From positions 147,165-211,164 of the forward strand of contig CAVVFB010000001.1 in assembly GCA_963747365.1 (NCBI GenBank): a DNA stretch of 64,000 bases, read 5' to 3'. A model generated the notes under the pieces. The model saw only the letters and a program-made list of their open reading frames with translations, did no database searches and was not told the origin of the DNA. A program made the translations under genes and the position numbers. Source of the stretch: an uncultured Bacteroidota bacterium. GTDB taxonomy: Bacteria > Bacteroidota > Bacteroidia > Bacteroidales > GCA-2748055. Positions 28,894 through 39,755 of the stretch are shown in pieces; position 1 is the first letter of the stretch, and each line of letters starts with the position of its first letter.

Positions 28894-28924
28894 CAAAAAT
28901 AGAATCAAAAATGAAATTAACAAA
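28894..28924 (-). promoter_or_regulatory. Bacteroidetes sigma-70-type promoter for tRNA-Glu
   Basis: Minus strand TTTG (28924-28921) - 19 nt - TATTTTTG (28901-28894). Confidence 0.65.
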
Positions 28925-28941
28925 GGAAAAGTGAAAATATA

Positions 28942-30303
28942 TTATCCGTTGGCCACCTCTGCCGCCAGGTTGTTGAGGTCTATGCCAGAGAAGTTTCCGG
29001 ATGTCATCAGTAACAGCACAAGGGTATTATCGTCGAGCTGCTTCAGATCGTCTGCAAGTTGCGAGGCATCGTTATAAACCTCCAGGTCCTCTTTACCGAA
29101 ATGTTTCTTCACCTGCTCGGGTGACAGAGCCGGGAGACGCTTGTGTTTTACCACCGAGGGATTATAATATACCATCGCCTTGTCAGCCTCTTTGAGGGAA
29201 CCATTGTAAAGGGGCATATATTCCACATTCAGGCTGGAGTAGGTATGCAGTTCAAGGCATGTGACAAGCTTGTGTCCCACATAGGCCTGCCTGAAGGCAT
29301 CAATGGTCGCTTCCACGCTGGAAGGGTTATGGGCATAGTCCAGGTAGACGGCCCTGCTGCTCCCATTGGCAAGCAATTGCTGCCTGCGTTCAACGCCTCC
29401 GAAGGATTGAATAGCCTTGTAGAACTGGTGCTCTTCAATGCCAAGGTCCCGGCAGATTAGCAGGGCGCCCATCACATTTTGCATGTTGTGGCGTCCAATC
29501 ATATGAAGTGGAACAGATCCGTATTTTGTGTCCAGTATAAACCGTTTGCCGTCGATGGTGTGGGGATGTTCTCCGTAAGGAATCTTTAGCAAGGACCAAT
29601 GGCTTTTGTCCACCACATCTCCCAGAACAGGATCACCGTTATAATAAAATACCTTCCCTCCTCCGGTGGCAATCTGCAGGAATCGCCGGAACTGTTTTTT
29701 ATAGCTCTCGAAGGTTCTGAAAACGTTCATATGATCCCAGGATATTCCGGAAAGGAGGGTCACATGGGGATAGTACTGATGGAACTTGGGCGTGTTGTCT
29801 ATGCTTGAAGAGAGGTATTCATCACCCTCCAGAATGATATAAGGTGCATTATCGGTAAGTTTGACCTGGTCGTCGAAACAGGATATGCGTGAACTCACCA
29901 TATAGTCAAAATCCTTCTTGTTTTCTTTCAGGACATGCATCACCATGGCAGTGATGGTGGTCTTGCCGTGGCTTCCCCCTATGACTACCCGTTTTTTATT
30001 TTTACTATGTTCATAAAGGTATTCAGGGAAGGAGTAAACCCTGATTCCAAGCTCCCGGGCTTTTTTTAACTCCGGGTTTGTCTTCATGGCATTCATGCCA
30101 AGGATTACTGCATCAAGTCCTGAATGGATCAGGTCAGGGTCCCAACCCATCTTTTCCGGCAGGAGTCCGTTATCCCTGAGCCTGGATCGTGAAGGTTCAA
30201 AAATCTCATCATCCGACCCGGTTACCTTGTAGCCTTTTTTATGAAGGGCAATAGCCAGATTGTGCATTACCGTTCCGCCGATCGATATAAAATGGATATT
30301 CAT
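28942..30303 (-). CDS. mpl: Mur ligase, Mpl/MurC-like (murein peptide ligase)
   Basis: HFISIGG.VMHNLA, GSHGKTTIT, EGDEY, WDHMN, RRQ, DYAH. Confidence 0.8.
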   Translation of the reverse strand: MNIHFISIGGTVMHNLAIALHKKGYKVTGSDDEIFEPSRSRLRDNGLLPEKMGWDPDLIHSGLDAVILGMNAMKTNPELKKARELGIRVYSFPEYLYEHSKNKKRVVIGGSHGKTTITAMVMHVLKENKKDFDYMVSSRISCFDDQVKLTDNAPYIILEGDEYLSSSIDNTPKFHQYYPHVTLLSGISWDHMNVFRTFESYKKQFRRFLQIATGGGKVFYYNGDPVLGDVVDKSHWSLLKIPYGEHPHTIDGKRFILDTKYGSVPLHMIGRHNMQNVMGALLICRDLGIEEHQFYKAIQSFGGVERRQQLLANGSSRAVYLDYAHNPSSVEATIDAFRQAYVGHKLVTCLELHTYSSLNVEYMPLYNGSLKEADKAMVYYNPSVVKHKRLPALSPEQVKKHFGKEDLEVYNDASQLADDLKQLDDNTLVLLLMTSGNFSGIDLNNLAAEVANG

Positions 30304-30364
30304 TATTATAAATTTATAGGATATATCGGGTGTTTTTTCCTGAACTTATGAACGGATTGTATAT

Positions 30365-31138
30365 TTGAATGTGATGAAGGTAGAAGTGGTCCCCTGTGGT
30401 TTTTTGAAAGTCGATGCAGAAAAGATGCATAATCATTTTCCATCGGCTGAAAAATGGTCTGATTACAATTTGGATGCTGCCGGGTTTATGCGGATATCCA
30501 TGAATGGACTGCTGGTGGAGGTCGGGGAAAAGGTGGTTTTGTTTGATCCGGGCTGTGCCGATTTTCTTCCTTCGAGGCTACTTGAATCCTATGGACTTGA
30601 GATCCCTTTTCCGCTTGAGGGGGCACTGGAAATTTTAGGTTATCATGCAGACCAGGTCACGGATGTTATTTTCACCCACCTGCACTTTGATCATGCAAGT
30701 GGTGCATTCCTGCGAAAGCCGGGAAGGATTGAAAAACGTCTTCCCAATGCACGGTACCATGTGCTCAGGGAGCATTTTGAATATGCAGGAAAACCTGACA
30801 GAAGTGAGACAGGTTCCTATGCTACTTTTTTATTCAGGAAACTTGAACGGTTGTACTGGCTCGAGGATTGGACAGAGGATTGGATGAGATTTCAGGTTTT
30901 CAACGGGCATACCCGTTGTATGGTGGTACCCGGGATTTTAGCTCCGAAGGGAATGGTCTGGTATCTGACAGACCTGATTCCGCTGACCAGTTTCATGCAA
31001 CCTCTCATCAACAGTGCATATGACCTGGATCCTGAGCTGGCCAGGCGGGAGAAGTCGGAGTTTCTGACCGGTATCCGGGATAAAGTGGAATTTATATTTT
31101 ATCATGATCCCCTCATAACGAGGATGATTTATCCATAG
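30365..31138 (+). CDS. MBL-fold metallo-hydrolase
   Basis: THLHFDH, GHT, TDL and YHD metal-binding motifs; start may be the ATG at 30374. Confidence 0.85.
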   Translation: MNVMKVEVVPCGFLKVDAEKMHNHFPSAEKWSDYNLDAAGFMRISMNGLLVEVGEKVVLFDPGCADFLPSRLLESYGLEIPFPLEGALEILGYHADQVTDVIFTHLHFDHASGAFLRKPGRIEKRLPNARYHVLREHFEYAGKPDRSETGSYATFLFRKLERLYWLEDWTEDWMRFQVFNGHTRCMVVPGILAPKGMVWYLTDLIPLTSFMQPLINSAYDLDPELARREKSEFLTGIRDKVEFIFYHDPLITRMIYP

Positions 31139-33264
31139 GTCTCAAGAAGAACTTTAAGTATCTCCTTGCCTGCCCTGGAGATTTTGGTTCCGGGTCCGAA
31201 AATGGCAATTACCCCGGCATCATAAAGATATTGATAGTCCTGTGCAGGGATCACGCCCCCGGCAATGACCATAATATCTTCACGTCCCAGGTTTCTTAAC
31301 TCATCGATAACCTGCGGTATCAATGTTTTATGTCCACCTGCCAGCGATGATACGCCCAGGATGTGAACATCGTTTTCAACCGCCTGCTTTGCGGCTTCTG
31401 CGGGTGTTTGAAACAGCGGACCAATGTCCACATCAAACCCGATATCTGCATAGCCGGTACTCACCACTTTTGCTCCGCGGTCATGTCCGTCCTGGCCCAT
31501 CTTGGCAATCATGATCCGGGGTTGCCGGCCCTGCCTCGATGCAAATTCCCTGGCCAGACCGCAAGCCTCCGCAAAGGTTTCATCCTGGCCCGATTCCTGG
31601 GAATATATCCCGGAAATGGAACGGATCACCGCCTTGTACCTGCCCGAAACTTCTTCAATCGCAGAGGATATCTCACCAAGTGTGGCACGATGCCTGGCCG
31701 CTTCAATTGATAGTTCAAGCAAATTACCATTACCGCTTTTTAAACAATGGGTTATGGCTTTAAGAGCCTCTTTGACATTTTCACTGTTTCTTTCCGCTTT
31801 GAGTTGCTTCAGCCGTTCGATCTGGGAAAGCCTGACTGCGGTATTGTCTACCTCAAGAATATCGATGGGATCCTCCTTTTCAAGGCGGTACTGGTTTACG
31901 CCAGCAATTACGTCTTTTCCACTATCGATCCTCGCCTGTTTCCTGGCGGCAGCCTCCTCGATTCTCATTTTAGGAATTCCTGTCTCGATGGCCCTGGCCA
32001 TTCCGCCCAGCTCCTCGATCTCCTCGATCAGTTCCCAGGCCCTGTGAGCGATTTCATGGGTAAGGGATTCAACGTAGTATGAGCCGGCCCAGGGATCCAG
32101 GCTCCTGCAAATTTCAGTCTCCTCCTGGAGGTGCAGCTGGGTATTTCTCGCGATACGGGCAGAAAAATCGGTGGGCAGGGCGATGGCTTCATCAAGGGCA
32201 TTGGTATGAAGGGATTGGGTATGCCCGAGTGCCGCCGCCAGAGCTTCCACGGAGGTCCTTGCCACATTGTTAAAAGGATCCTGTTCCGTCAGGCTCCACC
32301 CCGAAGTTTGCGAGTGGGTTCTGAGGGCCATGGATTTGGGATTTTTCGGGTCGAATTTTTTCACAATCTTTGCCCATAACATGCGGGCAGCCCTCAATTT
32401 GGCGATCTCCATGAAATGATTCATCCCAATGGCCCAGAAGAAGGATAACCTCGGTGCAAATGCATCGATATCGATCCCTGCGTCAACTCCTGCACGCAGA
32501 TACTCGAGTCCGTCGGCCAGCGTATAAGCAAGTTCAAGGTCTGCTGTTGCTCCCGCCTCCTGCATATGGTATCCTGAAATGCTGATGCTATTAAATTTTG
32601 GCATCTTTTTGGATGTGTATTCGAAAATATCTGCGATGATTTTCATCGAGGTAGCCGGAGGATAGATATAGGTGTTGCGGACCATAAACTCCTTCAGGAT
32701 ATCATTCTGTATGGTACCACAAAGCTCTTCCAGGGATGCTCCCTGTTCCAGTCCGGCAACAATATAGAATGCCATCACCGGCAATACGGCTCCGTTCATG
32801 GTCATTGATACAGACATTTTATTCAGGGGAATCTGGTCGAAGAGGATCTTCATATCCAGAATCGAATCGATGGCCACACCCGCTTTCCCAATGTCTCCAA
32901 CCACGCGTTCATGGTCTGAATCGTAACCCCGGTGAGTGGCCAGGTCGAAGGCCACGGAGAGACCCTTCTGTCCTGCGGCCAGGTTCCTTCGGTAGAATGC
33001 ATTGGACTCCTCGGCAGTGGAAAAACCGGCATACTGCCGGATGGTCCATGGCCTCATGGTATACATGGCCGGGTAGGGCCCCCTGAGAAAGGGCGGAAGA
33101 CCGGCTGCATAACCGAGGTGCTCCATCTTTTCAAGGTCCTTTTTGTCATAGGATGATCTGATTTCGATATGTTCAGGTGTTTCCCAGGTATGCATTGAAC
33201 CATCGGTTCTCTTGGGGATCTCCAGATCTCTGAAATCTATGTTGTTAAAATCGGGACGAAACAT
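31129..33264 (-). CDS. scpA: Methylmalonyl-CoA mutase, catalytic (large) subunit
   Basis: [28 protein letters not shown]12-binding GQDGHDRG. Confidence 0.96.
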   Translation of the reverse strand: MFRPDFNNIDFRDLEIPKRTDGSMHTWETPEHIEIRSSYDKKDLEKMEHLGYAAGLPPFLRGPYPAMYTMRPWTIRQYAGFSTAEESNAFYRRNLAAGQKGLSVAFDLATHRGYDSDHERVVGDIGKAGVAIDSILDMKILFDQIPLNKMSVSMTMNGAVLPVMAFYIVAGLEQGASLEELCGTIQNDILKEFMVRNTYIYPPATSMKIIADIFEYTSKKMPKFNSISISGYHMQEAGATADLELAYTLADGLEYLRAGVDAGIDIDAFAPRLSFFWAIGMNHFMEIAKLRAARMLWAKIVKKFDPKNPKSMALRTHSQTSGWSLTEQDPFNNVARTSVEALAAALGHTQSLHTNALDEAIALPTDFSARIARNTQLHLQEETEICRSLDPWAGSYYVESLTHEIAHRAWELIEEIEELGGMARAIETGIPKMRIEEAAARKQARIDSGKDVIAGVNQYRLEKEDPIDILEVDNTAVRLSQIERLKQLKAERNSENVKEALKAITHCLKSGNGNLLELSIEAARHRATLGEISSAIEEVSGRYKAVIRSISGIYSQESGQDETFAEACGLAREFASRQGRQPRIMIAKMGQDGHDRGAKVVSTGYADIGFDVDIGPLFQTPAEAAKQAVENDVHILGVSSLAGGHKTLIPQVIDELRNLGREDIMVIAGGVIPAQDYQYLYDAGVIAIFGPGTKISRAGKEILKVLLETYG

Positions 33265-33284
33265 TTGATAAATGGTGGTTTTGG

Positions 33285-35126
33285 TTAAGGTTTCAGGAGA
33301 ATCTTGTTAAACCGGCGAAGCGATTCCAGAAGATTGGTTTTTAAATGGATGAAGTGTTGAATGCCCAACTTCTGAAGCTCTTCCAGTCCCTCTTTGGGGT
33401 AGCCTGCCACCACCAGGATCGGCCTCCTTCCCATGGATTCAATAACCGCAGGAGCCATGGAAGCATAAGTTTCATCGGCACTGCAAAGGACTATTAAATC
33501 AGGATCAGCTTTTTTGAAAGCTTCAATCCCTGCGTCAACAGACAGGAAGGCCGGCGGGTCCAGTATCTCATAACCTGCACAGGCAAAGAAATTGCCTGAG
33601 AAAGCAGACCGGGCAGTAGCCCAGGCCGGATTTCCATATTTGAACAGGAATACCGTTGGCCGCCTTCCGCTTTTCTCGGTTTCCAGCCTTACCTCTTCAA
33701 ACATGGAAGCAATTCTGAAGGGTCTGATGGGGGTCAATAAAGGTTCAAGGGTATCTGTTTTGGGTTCCTGAACCAGTTGCTCAAGGATTACTTCATTGAA
33801 GTTAGGAAAAGAATTTGTGCCCAGCAGATGATCCTTTCCTGCGGCAATCCTGTCCATTTTCTTTTCTTTGGAATGCATTACCAACTCCTGGATGTATCCC
33901 TTTTCAAGGGCCCTCATAAATCCCCCTTTTCTCTCTGTTTCCTGGAAAATTTCCCAGGCTCTTTCGGCAACTGAGTCAGTAAGGTTTTCAATGTAATATG
34001 AGCCTGCCCCCGGATCGGCTACCCGGTCAAGATAAGCCTCATCACGAAGAATGATTTGAACATTTCTTGATATCCGGTCCGAAAAAACCGAACTATTGCC
34101 GTAAGGATGGTCAAACGGAAGAACGGTGATCAGGTCAGCCCCACCCAGAATGGATGACATGGCCTCGGTTGTTCCCCTCAGCATGTTTACATGGGGATCA
34201 TAAAGGGTCATATTCCATTGAGAAGTGGTTGTGTGGATATGGACACGGCTTTCTCCTGCAGTTAGCCCGTATCCCTCACAAATTTTGCCCCAGAGAATCC
34301 TGGCTGCCCTGATCTTTGCAATCTCCATGAAGTAGTTGGAACCTGCAGCCAGGCTGAATTGCATGGTTGCAGCCACCTGAGCAGCATCGATTCCCTTGTC
34401 TGTCAGGATGGCCATATATTCATTGGCCATGGAAAGTGTGAAGGCCAGCTCTTCTGTAAGGGTGCCCCCGGCCTCCTGGATCAGGGATCCGTTCACATCA
34501 ATGATTCTGAGTCCGGGTGTAGTAATCCCCGCTTCCTTTACCAGTATTTTAAGGGTATTAAAAGAGGCCACAGGAATACCTGTGGTGACCATTTTCCCTA
34601 TAGGATCAGCACCCAGAAGGCCTTTCAGTTTCGAAGGATCAACCTCATGCAGAGCAGCAATGGTTGCATAATTTTTGTATAGTGCATCAGCACCCAGAAA
34701 TCCCTGGAACAGAATTTCAGTTTCCCCCAGGGGAATCCCCTCAAAGAGTTTCTCAAGCATCGCCTTTCCCGGATTGGATACCTTATCAAGCTTAATCCTG
34801 ATGGCCTGGGCTCCGCCTTTAAGGGCCATTTTAATGCGTGCATTGGCCTCTTCAGCATCCTTTCCGGGGAAAATATCCTGGCAGATCAGCCAACCGTTTG
34901 GGGTGTCTGTTAACGGTTTCAGTGATCCGGTATGATCCAGGTATTTCAAAGTCGCCAGATCCTCCGAACGGTAGAACGGCTGTACGGGAATACCTTCATC
35001 GGTTTTCCATACCAGTTTCTTCTCAAAATCTGCTCCCCTGAGATCGGTTTCAATTTTCTTTCTCCACTGTTCGGTGGAGATAACCGGGAAATCATTAAAA
35101 AGCTGCATGTTGCTTTGCTCTGTCAT
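33285..35126 (-). CDS. mutA: Methylmalonyl-CoA mutase small subunit
   Basis: [38 protein letters not shown]; lacks the DXHXXG motif; adjacent to the large subunit. Confidence 0.9.
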   Translation of the reverse strand: MTEQSNMQLFNDFPVISTEQWRKKIETDLRGADFEKKLVWKTDEGIPVQPFYRSEDLATLKYLDHTGSLKPLTDTPNGWLICQDIFPGKDAEEANARIKMALKGGAQAIRIKLDKVSNPGKAMLEKLFEGIPLGETEILFQGFLGADALYKNYATIAALHEVDPSKLKGLLGADPIGKMVTTGIPVASFNTLKILVKEAGITTPGLRIIDVNGSLIQEAGGTLTEELAFTLSMANEYMAILTDKGIDAAQVAATMQFSLAAGSNYFMEIAKIRAARILWGKICEGYGLTAGESRVHIHTTTSQWNMTLYDPHVNMLRGTTEAMSSILGGADLITVLPFDHPYGNSSVFSDRISRNVQIILRDEAYLDRVADPGAGSYYIENLTDSVAERAWEIFQETERKGGFMRALEKGYIQELVMHSKEKKMDRIAAGKDHLLGTNSFPNFNEVILEQLVQEPKTDTLEPLLTPIRPFRIASMFEEVRLETEKSGRRPTVFLFKYGNPAWATARSAFSGNFFACAGYEILDPPAFLSVDAGIEAFKKADPDLIVLCSADETYASMAPAVIESMGRRPILVVAGYPKEGLEELQKLGIQHFIHLKTNLLESLRRFNKILLKP

Positions 35127-35296
35127 TGTACAAATTGGAAGTACAAAGAAAACACTTTGGCTTCATCTTACCAATGTTATTCAATATGATTCCGGATCAT
35201 GGGAGGCCGGCTTTTCAGCATCATGCTGAAAAAGTGTAACATAATGAATAAGAATTTCGTAATATTGTTATAAAGTAGGACCATTATACCTGTTTT

Positions 35297-36182
35297 ATGA
35301 AGCGCCTGTTTTTACTTTTCGCTGCCATTGCTTTTACTTATTTGGGCCATGCCCAGACTGTGGAAAACATCCGTGTAACCCAGGAGGGGGAACAACTTAA
35401 AATCACCTACCGTATAGGAGCCTCCACTGAATCCCAATTATTTAATGTATACCTCTCCTGTTCCATGGCCGGAGGAACCAGGTTCGAACCCAAAGCAGTG
35501 ATTGGGGATGTCGGGGGGAATGTCATTGGCGGAAAGAGTTATTACATGGTCATGTGGGATGTTTTTGAGGATGTGGATGAGGTAATTGATCCTAATATAA
35601 CGTTGAGGGTGGAGCTGATCAGTGACAAGGCTGTACCGGTAACCAGGAATGCACAGGCAGAGGAACCCATCGAGCCGGAACCACAGAAGCAGGAACCCGA
35701 AACTAAGATTGAGGAAAAGCCAGCCGTTTCCAGTGAGGCAAAGAAAGATGATCCTTTCCGCAGGAACGGTTTCGTGGCTTACAGCGGGATGACCGGATTT
35801 GGGATTCCAATCGGGATCAGCTTCGGTTCACTTAACAAATGGGGCTACTATGTGACTCCGTTGAGAATGGGTATATTTTCATTCGACTATTGGGATGGGT
35901 ATAGTTATTCAAAAGATTTTGACCTTCATATGGTTGTTGCCGCCGGGGTAACGAGACATATTCGTTTCTGCGGGTCCCTACCGGCTGCACGGGTACGGAG
36001 GATTGGGGGGACATATGAGGGTGATGAATGGTTCCACCGATCCGTATGCTTATGCCCATTTTCTGATGGAAACCGGAGTGGTGAACGTGATTGGCGGGTT
36101 TAGTCTGACAGCAGGGATCATGTATTCGGCCGGGTATATTTACCCGGTTAATTTTGTATTTGGGGTAGGTTTTGTTTTCTGA
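35297..36182 (+). pseudogene. Exported protein with C-terminal OM beta-barrel, broken by a 1-nt frameshift near 35960
   Basis: After ...GVTRH the +1 frame continues FVSAGPYRLHGYGGLG...NFVFGVGFVF* (TGA 36180-36182) with a terminal Phe; repaired length 294 aa. Confidence 0.7.
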
Positions 36183-36190
36183 TTTTTCGG

Positions 36191-37417
36191 GTGATGAAAA
36201 AGTGGATATTTTTCATTGGGGTAATTGCACTGTTCCTGGCCGGATCAGTGATCCTGGCACAGACAGCCGAGGAATCGAGCGGTGTGGTAAAGATGTCCAT
36301 GAAGAAGGAGAACACACAGTCCACGCAGACCAGGCAGACCACCCAGCCAAAGGCGGATGAATTCACACAACCGACAACCATCCGGATGACCAGACAGCAG
36401 CCTGTAAACCTTGCCACTCCCGAATCGACAGGATTCAGCTGGATCAGTCCCGCATTCACCAGCGTGCAGACAGCGGAGAGTACTTATCCGATCAATGCCA
36501 CGGTGACCTCCGACGAGAATATCCGTTTCATCAACCTGTTTGTGAACGGTCAGTTTGTAAAAAATATTATTCCACCTGTTCCCACCATCAGGCAGATGGT
36601 CATCGATGAGGAGATGGAGCTGTCATTGGGTGCAAACCAGGTGAGGGTTGAAGCGGTAACGGTTACCGGCAAAAAGCTGGAGAGCAGCCTTGAGATTGTT
36701 TATGATATTTCAACTGCAAAATACTATGCCCTGGTCATTGCTGTACAGGAGTATGACGATTCAAATATTAACGATCTTGATCATCCCATTAAGGATGCCG
36801 CCCGCTTCATTGATGTGATCGAGACTGAATACAATTTTAGTAAAGAGAATGTAAAGTTTCTGGAGAATCCCACCAAGGCCGATATCATAGGTACGCTGCA
36901 TCACATGCGCGATGAGGTTACCAACGAAGATAACCTGTTGATTTATTATGCCGGTCACGGTCATTATGATGAGGAGATGAAGACCGGTTACTGGTTACCC
37001 AGGGATGCAAGCAGGGATAATCCTGTGAACTGGCTACCCAATACTGATCTTACAAACTACCTGAACGTTCTGAAGACAAAGCATACCCTACTGATTGCCG
37101 ATGCCTGTTTCAGCGGGGGAATCTTCAAGTCACGATCTGCCTTTAACAATGCACTGGCAGTGGAAAAGCTCTATAAACTGCACAGCCGGAAGGCAATCAC
37201 AAGCGGGGCTTTAAGCGAGGTGCCGGATGAGAGTAAATTCATTAAGTACCTGATCTTGCGGCTTGAACAGAATACACAAAAATATTTTCCTTCGGAGCAA
37301 CTTTATACAAGTCTGAAGGATGCTGTAATGAGCAACAGTAACACCGTTCCTCAATATGGAACCATCCAGAACGTGGGGGATGAAGGCGGTGATTTTATCT
37401 TTATCCGGAAAGACTAA
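36191..37417 (+). CDS. Exported caspase-family (peptidase C14) protein
   Basis: Signal peptide; Ig-like middle region; YYALVIA, YYAGHG (His), ADACFSG (Cys), GDFIF. Confidence 0.88.
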   Translation: MMKKWIFFIGVIALFLAGSVILAQTAEESSGVVKMSMKKENTQSTQTRQTTQPKADEFTQPTTIRMTRQQPVNLATPESTGFSWISPAFTSVQTAESTYPINATVTSDENIRFINLFVNGQFVKNIIPPVPTIRQMVIDEEMELSLGANQVRVEAVTVTGKKLESSLEIVYDISTAKYYALVIAVQEYDDSNINDLDHPIKDAARFIDVIETEYNFSKENVKFLENPTKADIIGTLHHMRDEVTNEDNLLIYYAGHGHYDEEMKTGYWLPRDASRDNPVNWLPNTDLTNYLNVLKTKHTLLIADACFSGGIFKSRSAFNNALAVEKLYKLHSRKAITSGALSEVPDESKFIKYLILRLEQNTQKYFPSEQLYTSLKDAVMSNSNTVPQYGTIQNVGDEGGDFIFIRKD

Positions 37418-38796
37418 ATCATCTTTGACGGATCCACCCACTTATCAAACTCTTTCCCGGTAAGATATCCCAGCGACAGGGCAGCCTCTTTCAGTGTAGA
37501 TCCCTCTTTATGGGCTTTCTTGGCTATTTCAGCAGCCTTTTCATAGCCAATGTGTGTGTTCAGGGCTGTAACCAGCATCAGTGAATTGTTCAGATTCCGG
37601 GTAATCCGGTCATGGTTGGGCTCGATTCCCACAGCGCAGTTTTCATTAAACGAGGCGCATGCATCACCGATCAAACGGGCCGACTCCAGGAAATTACTGA
37701 TCATCATGGGTTTAAAAACATTCAATTGAAAATGACCGTTGCTGCCTCCGATATTGATGGCCACATCGTTGCCCATGACCTGTCCGCAAACCATGGTGAG
37801 CGCCTCGGCCTGGGTGGGATTTACCTTTCCGGGCATAATGGATGATCCCGGCTCATTGGAAGGGATGATGATCTCCCCGATGCCGCAACGCGGACCCGAA
37901 GCGAGCATCCGGATATCATTTCCGATTTTCATCAGGCTTACAGCAAGGGTTTTCAACGCACCGTGTGCTTCTACGATGGCATCGTGGGCTGCAAGTCCCT
38001 CGAACTTGTTGACCCCTGTTATGAAAGGAAGTTCTGTAAACACAGCAATATATTTTGCAACCAGTTCACTGTACCCTGCAGGAGTATTGATCCCGGTTCC
38101 TACTGCTGTTCCACCCAGTGCCAGTTCAGCTAAGTGTTTTAAGGTGTTCATGATAGCCTGGAGCCCATGATCCAGCTGGGAAACATAGCCCGAAAACTCC
38201 TGTCCAAGTGTAAGAGGTGTGGCATCCATCCAGTGGGTACGGCCGATCTTTACCACCTTCATAAACGCATCCGATTTTTCTTTCAGTGTATCTCGAAGCT
38301 CTTTTACCCCGGGAATGGTCACCTCCATAAGAACCTTAAAAGCGGCAATATGCATGGCTGTGGGGAAGGTGTCGTTGGAAGATTGGGATTTATTGACGTC
38401 ATCGTTGGGATGGATCAGCCTGGTGCCTTCGCCAAGTGCATTACCCAGGATCACATGAGCCCTGTTTGCCACCACCTCGTTCACGTTCATGTTTGACTGC
38501 GTACCGGATCCGGTTTGCCAGACTACCAGCGGGAACTGGTCATCCAGTTTGCCATCAATGATCTCATCGCACACCTTCATTATCAACCGGGCTTTATCCT
38601 CCTTTAGTACCCCAAGCTCAAGGTTTGTGGCTGCGGCGGCTTTTTTCAGGTAGCCGAAAGCCTTGATGATCTCCAGGGGCATCCGGCCGTCGCCGATCTT
38701 GAAATTATCCTTTGAACGCTGGGTTTGTGCTCCCCAGTATTTGTCGGCAGGTACCCTCACCTCACCCATGGTGTCCTTTTCTATCCTGTAGTCCAT
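37414..38796 (-). CDS. fumC: Class II fumarate hydratase
   Basis: [38 protein letters not shown]. Confidence 0.97.
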   Translation of the reverse strand: MDYRIEKDTMGEVRVPADKYWGAQTQRSKDNFKIGDGRMPLEIIKAFGYLKKAAAATNLELGVLKEDKARLIMKVCDEIIDGKLDDQFPLVVWQTGSGTQSNMNVNEVVANRAHVILGNALGEGTRLIHPNDDVNKSQSSNDTFPTAMHIAAFKVLMEVTIPGVKELRDTLKEKSDAFMKVVKIGRTHWMDATPLTLGQEFSGYVSQLDHGLQAIMNTLKHLAELALGGTAVGTGINTPAGYSELVAKYIAVFTELPFITGVNKFEGLAAHDAIVEAHGALKTLAVSLMKIGNDIRMLASGPRCGIGEIIIPSNEPGSSIMPGKVNPTQAEALTMVCGQVMGNDVAINIGGSNGHFQLNVFKPMMISNFLESARLIGDACASFNENCAVGIEPNHDRITRNLNNSLMLVTALNTHIGYEKAAEIAKKAHKEGSTLKEAALSLGYLTGKEFDKWVDPSKMI

Positions 38797-38877
38797 AAGC
38801 CGTTCTTTTTTGTTTTAAATATACCAAAATGGCCGACAGAACAAACAGGAAATACAATGTTGTTGGATAGGGGAATT

Positions 38878-39351
38878 TTACGAATCTGCTTTGGCCAGCA
38901 GGATGGTAATGTAATTGATCCCGTCGGGGTCGGTTTCAACTCCTACTCCACATTGGGTAACATCAGAGCGGAGTATGGAGTCTGCACCCGTGATGAGAAG
39001 GAGCTCGGTCAGGATCAGCTCACCAATTTGAGATTCGGATTTCAAAACCAGCCCGGATCTGTTATAGAATGTGTATTTTTCATCCAGCCTCGCCCAGTGT
39101 TCGTCAAGACCCTGGATTCCTAAAGGCACCAACCCGGTGGCCATTTTGTATGACCAGAGCTGCGCCTCCTCTACCATCAGGTACTGGTGTACAAAAGGTC
39201 CAGTTTGATCATGCGTCTCCCGGTATTCCTTTACAGAGTTGTAGATTTCGGTTTCGATGCTTTTGACCTGCACAAAGCTTGAATTTTTGTCTTTACAGGA
39301 GAACAGGATGAGTGACAGGGTGGTAATCAGCAACAGACTTTTCAATTTCAT
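38878..39351 (-). CDS. Lipoprotein, CAP/SCP-like domain
   Basis: LILFS-C lipobox; IYNSVKEYR...AQLWS..M...TQCGVGV..D...NYIT resembles a degenerate CAP fold. Confidence 0.5.
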   Translation of the reverse strand: MKLKSLLLITTLSLILFSCKDKNSSFVQVKSIETEIYNSVKEYRETHDQTGPFVHQYLMVEEAQLWSYKMATGLVPLGIQGLDEHWARLDEKYTFYNRSGLVLKSESQIGELILTELLLITGADSILRSDVTQCGVGVETDPDGINYITILLAKADS

Positions 39352-39399
39352 AGCCTTCCGGTTTTGAATAGATTACCCGCAATTTAGAAAAAAGGTTGC

Positions 39400-39738
39400 T
39401 TACAGGGTTTCGATGTTTTCAACCGGATCACCAAGGACAGCTTTGTATTTACCCTCCACAATGGGCCTTTTGATCAGCCGGGGATTTTCGACCATCACTT
39501 TGATCCACTCCTGGTCGTTCAGGTGTAGCCCTTTCAGCTCTTTTCGGAAATACGCTTCCTGGGTCCGGATCATCTCCACCGGTTTTTTATGGAGCTTCAT
39601 GAGCAGTATTGTCAACTCCTCTTCACTTAAAGGCTCCTTCAGATAATCTCTAACCCTGCATTCCATTCCCTTATCAATGACATGCTGCAAACCTGCACGG
39701 CTCTTTTTACACTTTGGATGATGATATACAGTATACAT
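39400..39738 (-). CDS. ArsC/Spx/MgsR family protein
   Basis: YHHPKCKKSR, YLKEP, NPRLIKRPIV. Confidence 0.85.
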   Translation of the reverse strand: MYTVYHHPKCKKSRAGLQHVIDKGMECRVRDYLKEPLSEEELTILLMKLHKKPVEMIRTQEAYFRKELKGLHLNDQEWIKVMVENPRLIKRPIVEGKYKAVLGDPVENIETL

Positions 39739-39755
39739 GATCGATGTTTAAACGA

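Noticed and set aside
28942-30303. Mpl with some non-typical residues (GMNA, DYAHNPSS) as a possible novel ligase
   Set aside because: ATP-binding and core Mur ligase motifs are intact; the divergence cannot be judged without an alignment
35127-35296. Possible cobalamin riboswitch upstream of mutAB
   Set aside because: No recognisable B12-box or conserved riboswitch core seen on the minus strand
39400-39738. Second ArsC as part of the arsenic system
   Set aside because: Spx/ArsC-family gene 20 kb away in housekeeping context, with no ArsR-type operator seen
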